A stretch of DNA of 64,000 bases from an uncultured Candidatus Binatia bacterium (GTDB lineage Bacteria > Desulfobacterota > Binatia > UBA9968 > JAJDTQ01): contig OZ251459.1 of assembly GCA_965242525.1 (NCBI GenBank), positions 1,600,001 through 1,664,000 of the forward strand, written 5' to 3'. This document shows, piece by piece, positions 49,162-59,494 of the stretch. Made by a program: the position numbers and the translations under genes. The notes beneath the pieces are model-generated. The model had not been told where the DNA came from, searched no databases, and was given only the letters and a program-made list of their open reading frames with translations. The stretch's first letter is position 1; the number at the start of each line of letters is the position of its first letter.

Positions 49162-51447
49162 ATGGAGCACCCTTCGATGAAATACGTGGGCCGGTCGGTG
49201 CGCAGCCTCGACGCGGACGAGAAGGTCACGGGAACCGCGGTGTACACCGCGGACCTCACGTTCCCGGGCATGAAGTTCGCCCGGCTCGTGGCGAGTCCCC
49301 ACGCGCACGCGCGCATCGACGGGTTCGACCTGGAAGCCGCGCGCAAGGTCGAAGGCGTGCGCGCCATCGTGACCCACGACAACCTGGACCGGAGCCGGCT
49401 CGGGTGCCTTCGCGCCATCCGGCCCTACGGCCAGGCGGTCAAGGACCGCCCGGTGCTGGCCCACGGCAAGGTGCGGTTCCAGGGCGAGCCGGTGGCCCTG
49501 GTGGTGGCCGACAGCGAGACCGCGGCGGTCGAAGCCGCGGCCCGGACCCGGGTCCGCTACACGCCGCTGCCCCAGGTGGCGGAGACCAGGGCGGCCCTGG
49601 AGGGCGGCGTGCTGGTGCACGACCCGGACGCCGACTACGACCGGGAGGGCGCCGACGACTTCGAGTACGACTACGCGCACAACAACTGCGGCGGCACCCA
49701 TTTCGTCCAAGGCGACCCGGAGCGGGCGTTCCGGGAGAGCGCCCGGGTCATCGAAGACCGCTTCTCCTTCCCGTCCCTGTTCCACTACCCCATGGAGCCC
49801 CATTGCGCGGTGGCGCTGGTGGACCGGGAGTCCGTCACGGTCCATACCTCTTCGCAGGCCCCCTTCCCGGTGCGGGACGAGCTCGCGCGCATGTTCGGAC
49901 TCGACCCGGACCAGGTCGTGGTGAAGGTGCCCTACGTGGGTGGGGGCTTCGGCTCCAAGGGCCACATCAGCGTGGAGCACCTGGCGGTGCTCGCGGCCGC
50001 GGCTTCGGGGGCGCCCGTGCAGCTCCGTCTGTCCATGGAAGAGACCGCCTTCACTGCCCGGCGCCATCCCGCGGAGATCGAGATGCGCACCGGGCTCCGG
50101 GAGGACGGCACGCTGCTGTGCCGTGAGACCCGGATCTACCTGGACACGGGGGCGTACGCCGACTTCGGCATCCAGGTCACCCGCAAGGCCGCGTTCCGGT
50201 CCGTGGGGCCGTACCGGGTGGACCACGCCCGGGCCGACTGCTACTCGGTCTATACCAACAAGGTCCCCGCGGGCGCGTTCCGCGGCATCGGCAGCGTGCA
50301 ACTGGGTTGGGCCTGCGAGGCCCACACCGACCACATCTGTACCGAGCTCGGCTACGACCCTGTGGAGTTCCGCCTGAAGAACCTGCTGCGCTCGGGCGAG
50401 AGGTACGCCCTGGGCGGCCCCCCGCTGGACGGCGACCCCCGCGAAACCCTGCGGACCTGCCTGGACCGCTTCGAGAAGACCCGGCGACGCCGGGACCCCG
50501 AGTCCCTGGGCCGGGACGGGGAGCGCACCGGCGTGGGCGTCGCGTGCAGCATCAAGGACCTGTCCACCACCCAGTACCAGGCCCGGGTGGTCTTCGAGCG
50601 GGACGCCCAATTCACCGTGCACGCCAACGCCCCGGAGATCGGCGGCGGCGCCAGGACCGTGCTGGCCCAGACCGCAGCCGACACCCTCGGTGTGGACCTG
50701 GGCAGGGTCGCCATCGCCCCGTATGACACCAGCACGACGCCCGGGGCCTCCGGCGTCTATGGCAGCCGCATCACCGTGCTCATGGGCAACGCGGTGAAGC
50801 GCGCGTCCGAGGAGTTGCGGGAGGTCCTGCTGGAAAAGGCCGCGGCCCTGTCCGACCGGGACCCCCGGAGCCTTTCCCTGACGGACGACGCGTTCACCAG
50901 CGGCGGAGAGCCGGTGCTGAGCCTGGAGGAGTTGGCCGAAAGCGCCGCGGGCGCGCTGGCGGGCCGGGGCATGGACAAGGCCCTTACCCGTGAGCGCATC
51001 GACATCCGCACCTGGGAGATCAACGCGGGCATGGCGGTGGTGGCGGTGGACCCCGACTCCGGCCGCGTGCGCTGCCTGGGCTACGTGTCCGCGGCCGACG
51101 TGGGACAGGCCATGCACCCGCTCCGGTGCGAGGGGCAGGAGCAGGGTTCGGTGATGTTCGGCATGGGCAACACCCTCACGGAGGAACAGGTGTTCGACGG
51201 CGCCCTCCTGCTGAACCCCAGCGCCATCGACTATGCGCTGCCCCGGTTCGAGGACCTGCCCCCGGTGTTCGACTCGGTGCTGATCGAGAACCGCGACGGC
51301 CCCGGCCCCTTCGGCAGCAAGGGCATGGCCGAGGGCGGCCTGGCGCCGGTGGCCCCGGCCATCGCCGCGGCCTTGCGCCAGGCCGTGGGCGTGGTGGCCC
51401 GGGAACTGCCCATGAGCCCCGAGCGGGTCTATCGGCTGATGAAGTAA
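49162..51447 (+). CDS. Xanthine dehydrogenase-family molybdopterin-binding subunit
   Basis: VGGGFGSK, AGAFRGIG and GPGPFGSKGMAE motifs. Confidence 0.92.
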   Translation: MEHPSMKYVGRSVRSLDADEKVTGTAVYTADLTFPGMKFARLVASPHAHARIDGFDLEAARKVEGVRAIVTHDNLDRSRLGCLRAIRPYGQAVKDRPVLAHGKVRFQGEPVALVVADSETAAVEAAARTRVRYTPLPQVAETRAALEGGVLVHDPDADYDREGADDFEYDYAHNNCGGTHFVQGDPERAFRESARVIEDRFSFPSLFHYPMEPHCAVALVDRESVTVHTSSQAPFPVRDELARMFGLDPDQVVVKVPYVGGGFGSKGHISVEHLAVLAAAASGAPVQLRLSMEETAFTARRHPAEIEMRTGLREDGTLLCRETRIYLDTGAYADFGIQVTRKAAFRSVGPYRVDHARADCYSVYTNKVPAGAFRGIGSVQLGWACEAHTDHICTELGYDPVEFRLKNLLRSGERYALGGPPLDGDPRETLRTCLDRFEKTRRRRDPESLGRDGERTGVGVACSIKDLSTTQYQARVVFERDAQFTVHANAPEIGGGARTVLAQTAADTLGVDLGRVAIAPYDTSTTPGASGVYGSRITVLMGNAVKRASEELREVLLEKAAALSDRDPRSLSLTDDAFTSGGEPVLSLEELAESAAGALAGRGMDKALTRERIDIRTWEINAGMAVVAVDPDSGRVRCLGYVSAADVGQAMHPLRCEGQEQGSVMFGMGNTLTEEQVFDGALLLNPSAIDYALPRFEDLPPVFDSVLIENRDGPGPFGSKGMAEGGLAPVAPAIAAALRQAVGVVARELPMSPERVYRLMK

Positions 51448-51488
51448 CGCCGCATCCTGCGGCCGGACCCAAGCGCGGACGCCCGCAC

Positions 51489-51750
51489 CGTCATTCCCGC
51501 GAAAGCATGTCCTCGCGGAAGCGGGGGCGGGAATCCATTTTCATCGACCTTCTCAATCCTCTTATACGGGGCGCCACGGGGTTTGCTCGCAAGGATGGAA
51601 ACACAGGGGGTTTTCATAGGAGTCTATGGATTCCCGCTTTCGCGGGAATGACGAGAGTGGGGCCTTTGCGGGAATGACGGCGTGGGCTTTCGCGGGGATG
51701 AGGAAAGTGGGGCCTTGCGGGGATGTTGGGGCGGGCGTTCGCGGGTATTC
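51489..51750. repeat. REP-like palindrome pair with trailing decayed half-units
   Basis: CGTCATTCCCGCGAAAGC...GGGAATCC and GGATTCCCGCTTTCGCGGGAATGACG; spacer resembles 13020-13080. Confidence 0.8.
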
Positions 51751-51867
51751 GGATGGTGGGGAGGGTCACTACCCACATGCAAGCCTGAAGCGCCCATCTT
51801 CCTTAGTGGCGGACCCGGGACAACGCCGCCGTTTGGCGTTCTTGCAAAGAACCGCTAAAATGGCGGC

Positions 51868-52059
51868 ATGGCTCAACCACGAACCACGTTCGCCAAGCGG
51901 CAGCGCGAACGCGCGAAACAGGAGAAGAAAGAGGAGAAGGCCAAGCGGCGGGCCGAACGCAGGGAAGCGCGGCAAGGCCGGCCGGAGCGCGGCGACGAAG
52001 ACCCGGACATCGCCGACATCGTTCCCGGTCCGCAACCCCGTCCCGACGACGACTTCTGA
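51868..52059 (+). CDS. Small basic/acidic hypothetical protein
   Basis: TFAKRQRERAKQEKKEEKAKRR...EDPDIADIVPGPQP, a pattern I recall from a recurrent small-protein family; upstream of the DEAD-box gene. Confidence 0.65.
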   Translation: MAQPRTTFAKRQRERAKQEKKEEKAKRRAERREARQGRPERGDEDPDIADIVPGPQPRPDDDF

Positions 52060-52319
52060 GTCCTGCGCCCCGCATGCAGTGGCCGACGCGCGATCCTCTC
52101 AACCGCCTCCCTTGCCCGTGGAGGCGCCGGGAACCGGTGCGGTTGCAGACCGCGCCCGCCATGGACGTTCCCGTCGAAGCATCCCGTCCCCCCTCATGGC
52201 CGCGAGCCGCGCTGACGAAGCACGCTGACGAAAGATGACGTCCGCGGAGGCCGCAGCGCCCCGGGCAAGGCAATCCAACCCTCTCATCACGGAAGACATC
52301 CGGCAAGGAACATCCATTC

Positions 52320-53606
52320 ATGCCCACACCAGACACTTTCGAATCCTTCGGTCTATCCGATCCGCTGCTCGACGACTTGGCCCGGATCGGTTTCGTCACT
52401 CCCACCCCCATCCAGGCAAAGGCCATCGCCCCGGCCCTGCAGGGCCGCGACATACTCGGCTGCGCCCAGACCGGAACCGGCAAGACCGCTGCCTTCGTGG
52501 TCCCCATGGTGGAGCGGCTCGCAGGCTCCCCCGAAGGGCCGCCCCGGGGCCTGGTCCTGGCCCCCACCCGTGAACTGGCGTTCCAGATCCAGGAGACCAT
52601 CGACCAGCTCGGCCGCTCGTCGCGGGTGTACGCCACCACTGTGGTGGGGGGCGCCGACATGCAGGCGCAGGTCCGGGGCCTCGGGCAGCGCCCGGAGATC
52701 ATCGTGGCCACCCCCGGCCGCCTGCTGGACCTCATGTGGCACGGCGCCGCGGACCTCCGGGACGTGGAGGTGGTGGTGCTGGACGAAGCCGACCGCATGC
52801 TCGACATGGGGTTCGCGGATCAACTGAACCAGGTCATCGACGCCCTGCCCCCCGAGCGGCAGAGCTTCCTCTATTCGGCGACGCTGGCCACGGACCTGCG
52901 CGAGCTCGCGCGCATGTCCCTGCGCGACCCGTTCCACGCGGTGGTGGCCAAGCCGGCCACTCCCGCGGACGGCGTGACCCACACGCTCCACGACACCACG
53001 CCCGGGGCCAAGACGCCGCTGCTGCTGTCGCTGCTGGAGGAAGACCGGGAGTCGGTGCTGGTCTTCACCCGCACCAAGAGCCGGGCGGACCTCATCGGGG
53101 AGACCTTGCGGCGCAGCGGCCATCGAGCCGCGGCCATCCACGGGGACCTGTCGCTGGAGCGCCGCCGGTCCGCGCTGGAGGGGTTCCGGCGGGGCCGCTA
53201 CAAGATCCTGGTGGCCACGGACATCGCCGCCAGGGGCCTGGACATCGACCACATTGGCCACGTGATCAACTACGACCTCCCCTACACGCCGGAAGACTAC
53301 GTCCACCGCATCGGCCGCACCGCGCGGATGGCCGCGGTGGGCCGGGCCACGAGCTTCGCCACGGACGCGGACGCCCGCTCGGTGGAGGCCATCGAGACCA
53401 TGCTGGGGCGTTCCATCCCGCGGCCTTCGACCCCCCGGCCGGGCAAGAAGCGGCGCACGGGCGCGGACGCGCCGGAACCGCAGAGCGCGCGCTCGGCCAA
53501 CAAGCGCCGGCGGGCCAGGAAGCGGCCCGGCCAGCCGGGCCGACGCCCCGAGCGCCACGCGGAACCGGCATCGAGACAGGCCGCGCCGGTGGTCGAGCAG
53601 CCCTGA
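52320..53606 (+). CDS. DEAD-box RNA helicase (RhlE-like)
   Basis: [26 protein letters not shown] and HRIGRTAR. Confidence 0.96.
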   Translation: MPTPDTFESFGLSDPLLDDLARIGFVTPTPIQAKAIAPALQGRDILGCAQTGTGKTAAFVVPMVERLAGSPEGPPRGLVLAPTRELAFQIQETIDQLGRSSRVYATTVVGGADMQAQVRGLGQRPEIIVATPGRLLDLMWHGAADLRDVEVVVLDEADRMLDMGFADQLNQVIDALPPERQSFLYSATLATDLRELARMSLRDPFHAVVAKPATPADGVTHTLHDTTPGAKTPLLLSLLEEDRESVLVFTRTKSRADLIGETLRRSGHRAAAIHGDLSLERRRSALEGFRRGRYKILVATDIAARGLDIDHIGHVINYDLPYTPEDYVHRIGRTARMAAVGRATSFATDADARSVEAIETMLGRSIPRPSTPRPGKKRRTGADAPEPQSARSANKRRRARKRPGQPGRRPERHAEPASRQAAPVVEQP

Positions 53607-53667
53607 CCCCGGGGCTTCCGGGACGATCGACCCCCGCGAGGGTTCCCCGCCCCTTCACGAGGAGACC

Positions 53668-54162
53668 ATGGAACACGCCGCAACGCCCATCAACGTCACC
53701 GTGAACGGAAAGGTCCACGCGGCCCGGGTGGAGCCGCGGCTTTTGCTCATCGACTTCCTGCGCGAGGACCTCGGACTGACCGGCTCCCACGTGGGCTGCG
53801 ACACCAGCCAGTGCGGCGCGTGCACGGTCCACCTGGACGGCGCCGCGGTGAAGTCCTGCACCGTGCTGGCGGTGCAGGCCGACGGCGCAGCCGTCACCAC
53901 CATCGAAGGGCTGGCGGACGGCGCGACCCTCCACCCCGTGCAGCAGGCGTTCCAGGAACAGCACGGGCTCCAGTGCGGCTTCTGCACCCCCGGCATGGTG
54001 ATGACCGCGGTCCACCTGCTGGAGACGAACCCGGACCCCGGCGACGACGACATCGCCCACGCCCTGGAAGGGAACCTGTGCCGCTGCACGGGCTACGTGA
54101 ACATCGTCAAGGCCATCCGTTGGGCCGCGGCGCAGGAGAGGGAACGTCATGCATCCCGCTAG
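53668..54162 (+). CDS. (2Fe-2S) subunit of a CoxS/CutS-type molybdenum hydroxylase
   Basis: [20 protein letters not shown] and NLCRCTGY. Confidence 0.95.
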   Translation: MEHAATPINVTVNGKVHAARVEPRLLLIDFLREDLGLTGSHVGCDTSQCGACTVHLDGAAVKSCTVLAVQADGAAVTTIEGLADGATLHPVQQAFQEQHGLQCGFCTPGMVMTAVHLLETNPDPGDDDIAHALEGNLCRCTGYVNIVKAIRWAAAQERERHASR

Positions 54163-55018
54163 GTTCGGATACCACGCGCCCGGGTCCCTGGAAGAGGCGT
54201 TCGACCTGTTGGAGCAACACGGAGAGGACGCCAAGGTCCTGGCCGGGGGGCACAGCCTGCTCCCGGCCATGAAGCTCCGGCTGACCCAACCCGACTACCT
54301 CATCGACCTGCGCCGGATACCGGACCTGAGCGGCATCCGGACGGACCGCGGCGCCCTGGCAGTGGGCGCCCTCACCACCCACACCCGGGTGGCTGCGTCG
54401 GAAACCGTGCGGCGCGCGGTTCCGGGACTGGCCGACACGGCCGCGGTCATCGGCGACTTGCAGGTGCGGAACCGGGGCACCATGGGAGGGAGCGTCGCCC
54501 ATGCCGACCCGGCCGCGGACCTGCCGGTGACCCTCACCGCCCTGGACGCCGCCTTCGTCCTCGCCTCCCGGGCGGGCGAGCGCGTGGTGTCCGCGGACGA
54601 CTTCTTCGTGGACTTCTTCACCACCGCCCTGGATCCTCACGAGATCCTCACGGAGATACGCATCCCGACGCCGCCTGCGGGCGCGGGAACGAGCTACGCC
54701 AAGCTGCCCCACCCGGCTTCCGGGTACGTGGTGGTGAGCGCGGCCGCGGCCCTGCGGGTGGACGGGAACGGCGTCTGCTCCGAGGCCCGGGTGGTGCTGG
54801 GCGGCGTGGCCGGCACGCCCCGGCGAGCCGCGGCAACGGAAGCCGCCATCCTGGGACGGGAGCTGACGCGGGAAACCGCGGCCGCGGCTGCGGCCCGGGC
54901 CGCGGACGACATCGACCCCCACGCCGATTCCTACGCCGACGAGGAGTACAAGCGCCACATGGCGGTGGTGTACGCCGGCCGCGCCATTGAAGCCGCGGCC
55001 GGACGGATCCAGGGATAG
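54149..55018 (+). CDS. FAD-binding subunit (CoxM/CutM-type)
   Basis: [14 protein letters not shown] and [18 protein letters not shown]. Confidence 0.95.
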   Translation: MHPARFGYHAPGSLEEAFDLLEQHGEDAKVLAGGHSLLPAMKLRLTQPDYLIDLRRIPDLSGIRTDRGALAVGALTTHTRVAASETVRRAVPGLADTAAVIGDLQVRNRGTMGGSVAHADPAADLPVTLTALDAAFVLASRAGERVVSADDFFVDFFTTALDPHEILTEIRIPTPPAGAGTSYAKLPHPASGYVVVSAAAALRVDGNGVCSEARVVLGGVAGTPRRAAATEAAILGRELTRETAAAAAARAADDIDPHADSYADEEYKRHMAVVYAGRAIEAAAGRIQG

Positions 55019-55034
55019 GGTCATGGGAACCCCA

Positions 55035-55359
55035 TGGGAAAGCGCGTCCTTCGACTTCGCTTCGCTACGCTCAGGACGAACGGGCCGTTCGTATCGCTGC
55101 GCTCAGGACGAATGGGGGGCTTTGCTTCGCGATCCGATTCCCTCCCCCTTGAGGGGGAAGGTCAGGGAGGAGGGGCTCGCACCGACGGACTCGGGGAACC
55201 TCTGAACAATCGAGACATCCGGGATGGATTCCCTCACCCTGAGACCTATATCCGTTCGTCCTGAGCGTAGCGAAGCGAAGTCCCCCGTTCATCCTGAGCG
55301 TAGCGAAGCGAAGTCGAAGGACGCACTCATGCCCCCTGTCCCGATTTTTCAGAGGTTCC
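55035..55359. mobile_element. Repeat cluster including MITE copy 55195-55359, lying between the M and L subunit genes
   Basis: TIRs GGAACCTCTGAACAATCG / CGATTTTTCAGAGGTTCC; also the hairpin CCCTCCCCCTTGAGGGGGAAGG. Confidence 0.8.
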
Positions 55360-55495
55360 TCATGGCGAACGGAGACGGTTCTTCCGAGTTTCCTCCACCG
55401 GGAAGCGACCCGAGGGCGGGCGGCTCGTCCGCGGCGCGGCTCCCTGTCGAGGGGAGCCACTGTCTCCGCGGTCGCAAACCTTCGAGGGATGATCC

Positions 55496-57814
55496 ATGAG
55501 CACAGAGCAAGAAAGCCCCCGCGGCCTCATCGGCGCTTCGGTCACGCGGGTCGAGGACCCGCCGCTGCTCACCGGCAAGGGATGTTACGTGGACGACGTG
55601 AAATTGCCGGGGATGCTCCACGTGGCGTTCCTCCGCAGCGCCCATCCCAAGGCCAGGATACTCTCCATCGACACCGGCGAAGCCGAAGCCATGCCCGGGG
55701 TGGCGCAGGTGCTCACCGGCGACCACGTGGAGGGAGTCGCCATCCGGGTTCCCATGGCGGTGAAGGGCATGGCCGTCCCGCGCCATCCGGTGCTGGCCCA
55801 AGGCGCGGTCCACGCGGTGGGGACGCCGGTGGCCGCGGTGGTGGCAGAGAGCCGGGCCGAGGCCGAAGACGCCGCGGCCGCGGTCCGGGTGGAGTACGAG
55901 CCGCAGCCCGTGGTCACCGACGCGGAAGCCGCACTGGAGGACGGCGCGCCCCTGGCCCACGACGAGCTCGGCACGAACCTGTGCTACACGCTCACGAAGG
56001 AGGGGGGCGACGTGGACAAGGCCTTCGCCGAGGCGGACCACGTCTGCCGCATGCACATACGGAGCCCGCGGCAGGTGGCCCTGTCCATGGAGCCCCGGGG
56101 CGTGCTGGCGAACCCCGACCCCTTCCGCAACGAGGTCACCGTGTGGCTCTCGACCCAGGGCCCGCACCGGGCGCGGGCGGACCTCGCCAACTCGCTGGGG
56201 GTTCCGGAGAACCGCATCCGGGTCATCGCCCCGGACGTGGGCGGGGGTTTCGGCAGCAAGGGCTGCGTCTATCGGGAGGACCTGCTGGTCTGCCACTTGG
56301 CCATGAAGCTGGGCCGGCCGGTCAAATGGATCGCCACCCGCAGCGAGGACTTCCTCACCACCTGCCAGGGACGCGACCAGGCCATGACCTCCGAGCTGGC
56401 CCTGAGCCGGGACGGCAGGATGCTGGGCCTGAAGGTCCGGGTGGTGGCCAACCTCGGGGCCTACCTGCACTCCGCCACCGCGGGTCCGCCCCAGCGCATG
56501 ATGGTCATGGCCCCGGGCTGCTACCGGATCCCCAACGTGCGGGTGGAGATCGCGGGGGTCTTCACCAACACCGTGCCCACCGGGCCGTACCGCGGCGCCG
56601 GACGGCCGGAATCGGTGCTCAACATCGAACGCCTGGCGGACAAGGCGGCCCGGGATCTGGGCATGGACCGCCTGGAGATCCGGCGCAAGAACTTCATCCA
56701 GCCGCACCAGTTCCCGTACCGCACCGGCGTGGGCGTGGAGTACGATTCGGGCGACTACGAGAAGTCCCTTGCCGAGGCCCTGCGGCTGTCGGACTACGAG
56801 GCCCTCGTGCGGATGCGCGACCAGGCGCGGGACCGGGGCGAACTGGTGGGGGTGGGCGTCTCCACCTTCGTGGAGCCCAGCGGCGGGGCCGGTTTCGAGA
56901 GCGGCGCGGTCCGGGTCGAGCGCACCGGCGAGGTCACGGTGCTCACCGGGTCCAGCTCCCACGGCCAGGGGCACGAGACCGTGTTCGCCCAGGTGGCGGC
57001 GGAGAAGCTGAAGCTGCCCATGGACCGGGTGGTGGTGCGGCACGGCGACACCACGGCCATCCAGCAGGGCACCGGCACCTTCGGAAGCCGCAGCGCGGTC
57101 ATGGGCGGGGGCGCCCTGGGCCTCGCCGCGGAACGGCTGGTCCGCAAGGCCCAAGCCATCGCCGCCCACCTGCTGGAAGCGGACCCGGACGACGTGGTCC
57201 AGACCGACGGGGGCTTTGCCGTGGCCGGGGTGCCGGACCGGAACGTGGACTGGCGGCGGGTGGCCGCCGCGGCCTACGGCAAGGGGACGCCGGAAGGAAT
57301 GGACCCGGGTCTCCAGGAGACCGCCTTCTTCGATCCCAACCGCGAGGCCTGGGGCTTCGGCGCCCACGTGGCGCTGGTGCGCATCGACGCCGACACCGGC
57401 GCATTGACCCTGGAGAAGCTCGTGCTGGTGGACGACATCGGCGTGGTGCTGAACCCCATGATCGTCGAGGCTCAGGTCCACGGGGGCGTGGCCCAGGGGC
57501 TGGGCGAGGCGCTGCGAGAGCAGATGGTCTTCGGCGACGACGGGCAGCCCCGCACCGGCGCCCTCATGGACTACGCGGTGATGCGCGCCGGCGACATGCC
57601 GCCCCTCCTCCTGGGCGAGACGGTGACGCCCAACCCCTTCAACCCCCTGGGCGTCAAGGGCGTGGGCGAAGCGGGCACCAACGGCGCGCCGCCGGCAGTG
57701 GCCAACGCCGTCATGGACGCCTTGGCGCCCCTGGGCATCGACCACATCGACATGCCCTACACCGCGCCCAAGCTGTGGCGCGCCATCCGCGAAGCCCGCA
57801 AGGACGACGCCTGA
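55496..57814 (+). CDS. Molybdopterin-binding large subunit (CoxL-like, not form I CODH)
   Basis: DVGGGFGSK, PYRGAGR, HGQGHET and NPLGVKGVGE. Confidence 0.93.
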   Translation: MSTEQESPRGLIGASVTRVEDPPLLTGKGCYVDDVKLPGMLHVAFLRSAHPKARILSIDTGEAEAMPGVAQVLTGDHVEGVAIRVPMAVKGMAVPRHPVLAQGAVHAVGTPVAAVVAESRAEAEDAAAAVRVEYEPQPVVTDAEAALEDGAPLAHDELGTNLCYTLTKEGGDVDKAFAEADHVCRMHIRSPRQVALSMEPRGVLANPDPFRNEVTVWLSTQGPHRARADLANSLGVPENRIRVIAPDVGGGFGSKGCVYREDLLVCHLAMKLGRPVKWIATRSEDFLTTCQGRDQAMTSELALSRDGRMLGLKVRVVANLGAYLHSATAGPPQRMMVMAPGCYRIPNVRVEIAGVFTNTVPTGPYRGAGRPESVLNIERLADKAARDLGMDRLEIRRKNFIQPHQFPYRTGVGVEYDSGDYEKSLAEALRLSDYEALVRMRDQARDRGELVGVGVSTFVEPSGGAGFESGAVRVERTGEVTVLTGSSSHGQGHETVFAQVAAEKLKLPMDRVVVRHGDTTAIQQGTGTFGSRSAVMGGGALGLAAERLVRKAQAIAAHLLEADPDDVVQTDGGFAVAGVPDRNVDWRRVAAAAYGKGTPEGMDPGLQETAFFDPNREAWGFGAHVALVRIDADTGALTLEKLVLVDDIGVVLNPMIVEAQVHGGVAQGLGEALREQMVFGDDGQPRTGALMDYAVMRAGDMPPLLLGETVTPNPFNPLGVKGVGEAGTNGAPPAVANAVMDALAPLGIDHIDMPYTAPKLWRAIREARKDDA

Positions 57815-57993
57815 TACGTCGCGGATGGCGGCATCCGGCCGCGACTTGCCTTGAAGGTTATCTCGTACAGGCTTACCGGACTGTAGAAGACGTCGTTGTC
57901 GTCGTCGAGGATGAGGGCGCGCGCCTTGTCGGACAATTTCGGAGAATCGGCCATGGCCCACAACAGGGCGTGGCTGTCGAGAAGCAGCCGCAT
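57815..57993 (-). pseudogene. Truncated VapC/PIN toxin
   Basis: MRLLLDSHALLW...LSDKARALI...VFYSPVSLYEITFKASRGR; similarity ends after ~55 aa at the convergent gene. Confidence 0.75.
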
Positions 57994-58006
57994 GAAGCTT
58001 CCGGCA

Positions 58007-58327
58007 CTACCGTGTGGCAATGCCGAGTGGGTCGGAGTGCTGGCCCTCGAGGGCGGCCTGATCGGCCGGCGACAGCGGATCTTCCACTGCCTCCACGAGC
58101 GCGGCAAGAGCCTGTGCGCTCATCAGTTCCTTGAGAACCCCCAGCCTGCGCCGACCCTTGCGCCGTAGCCCAACGAGTTTCGCCACAGGTTCCCGCCCTC
58201 GGGCGACCACGACTTCTTCGCCCCGTTCGGCGCGACCGATCATTTCCGCAAGCCGTGCGCGAAATTCACTGACCGTGACGGGTTCGGCAGTCTGTCGCGC
58301 AGGACCGTGCAAGTTGGCGCCATCCAT
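58007..58327 (-). CDS. Phd/YefM-family antitoxin
   Basis: VTVSEFRARLAEMIGRAERGEEVVVARGREPVAKLV. Confidence 0.85.
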   Translation of the reverse strand: MDGANLHGPARQTAEPVTVSEFRARLAEMIGRAERGEEVVVARGREPVAKLVGLRRKGRRRLGVLKELMSAQALAALVEAVEDPLSPADQAALEGQHSDPLGIATR

Positions 58328-58466
58328 GATCGCTACCTCGTCGAGACGTGGACACCGGGAGCCTGTCCGAGTGCAACGGGAATCGTGGCACGAATCCGTT
58401 TGACGTGCAACGCGCGTACGAACGAGTCCGGACGTGTACGGGTGGAGGACGACCCGTTCGCGCCGG

Positions 58467-59492
58467 TCAGACGCCGCCGAATCCCCGGTCCTGGGCCTCG
58501 CCCACCAGCCACGGGTCCCTGATCTCGGTGGTGGGAGGCTCGCCCCTGAGCACCCGGGCCACTTCCCTGGCGGCGTGGGTCTGGCAGTCCACATAGGATT
58601 CGTCGGAGTTGGCCGCGGTGTGGCAGGTCACGATGACGTTGGGCAGGGTGAGGATGGGATGGTCCGCGGGCATGGGCTCGGGGTCGGTGACGTCCAGCGC
58701 GGCCCCGGCGAGCTCGCCCGCGGTCAGCGCCCGGTAGAGGGCGTCCGTGTCCACCAGCCCGCCCCGGGCGCAGTTGATGAGGTAGGCGGTGTCCTTCATG
58801 GCAGCGAACCGGTCCTTGCCGAACATCTTGCGCGTGGCCGGAACCAGCGGCGCGTGCAGGCTGACGACGTCCGAGGTCCGCACCAGTTCGTCCAGCGAAA
58901 CCAGCGTTACCCCCATGGCCTCGGCGATGGCCGGGGCTACGTAAGGGTCCACCGCCTGGACCTTCATCTTCATGCCCTGGGCCCGGGGGGCCACCTGCCG
59001 CCCCACGTGCCCCAGGCCCACGATTCCCAGGGTCTGTCCCGCGATGCGCGACACCGGACCCCGGTAGGCGTGGAGCTCGGCGCTGTGGCGGCGCCAGCGC
59101 CCCTCCCGCACGTACTGGTTCATGCGCACCAGCTTGCGGGACACCGCGATGAGCAGCCCGATCATCTGCTCGGCCACCTCGATGGAGTTGCAGCCCGCGG
59201 CGTTGCACACGACGATGCCGCGCTCGGCCGCGGCCGCCAGGTCCAGCCGGTCCACGCCCACGCCGGTGCGGCACACCACCTTGCAGCGGTCCAGGCCGGC
59301 GATGATCTCACGGGTGAACGGGATGGCGCCGTGGAAGATCATGCCGTCGGCGCCGCGCCCCGCCTCCGCCACCTCCCGGTCGCTGGACGGCCTGGCCAGC
59401 ACCAGCTCCGCATCGGCCTCCCGCAGTATGGGCTCGATGAGGCTTACGGGGACGTCGTTGCTGCCGCAATAGACGACGCGGAACCTGGCCAC
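58467..59492 (-). CDS. D-2-hydroxyacid dehydrogenase (CtBP/SerA-like)
   Basis: RTGVGVD, GIVGLGHVG, INCARGGLVD, AALDV.DPEP and TCHTA; GTG start. Confidence 0.92.
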   Translation of the reverse strand: MARFRVVYCGSNDVPVSLIEPILREADAELVLARPSSDREVAEAGRGADGMIFHGAIPFTREIIAGLDRCKVVCRTGVGVDRLDLAAAAERGIVVCNAAGCNSIEVAEQMIGLLIAVSRKLVRMNQYVREGRWRRHSAELHAYRGPVSRIAGQTLGIVGLGHVGRQVAPRAQGMKMKVQAVDPYVAPAIAEAMGVTLVSLDELVRTSDVVSLHAPLVPATRKMFGKDRFAAMKDTAYLINCARGGLVDTDALYRALTAGELAGAALDVTDPEPMPADHPILTLPNVIVTCHTAANSDESYVDCQTHAAREVARVLRGEPPTTEIRDPWLVGEAQDRGFGGV

Positions 59493-59494
59493 CC

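Noticed and set aside
55496-57814. Aerobic CO dehydrogenase (form I coxL)
   Set aside because: The active-site loop is PYRGAGR rather than AYxCSFR, and there are no accessory cox genes
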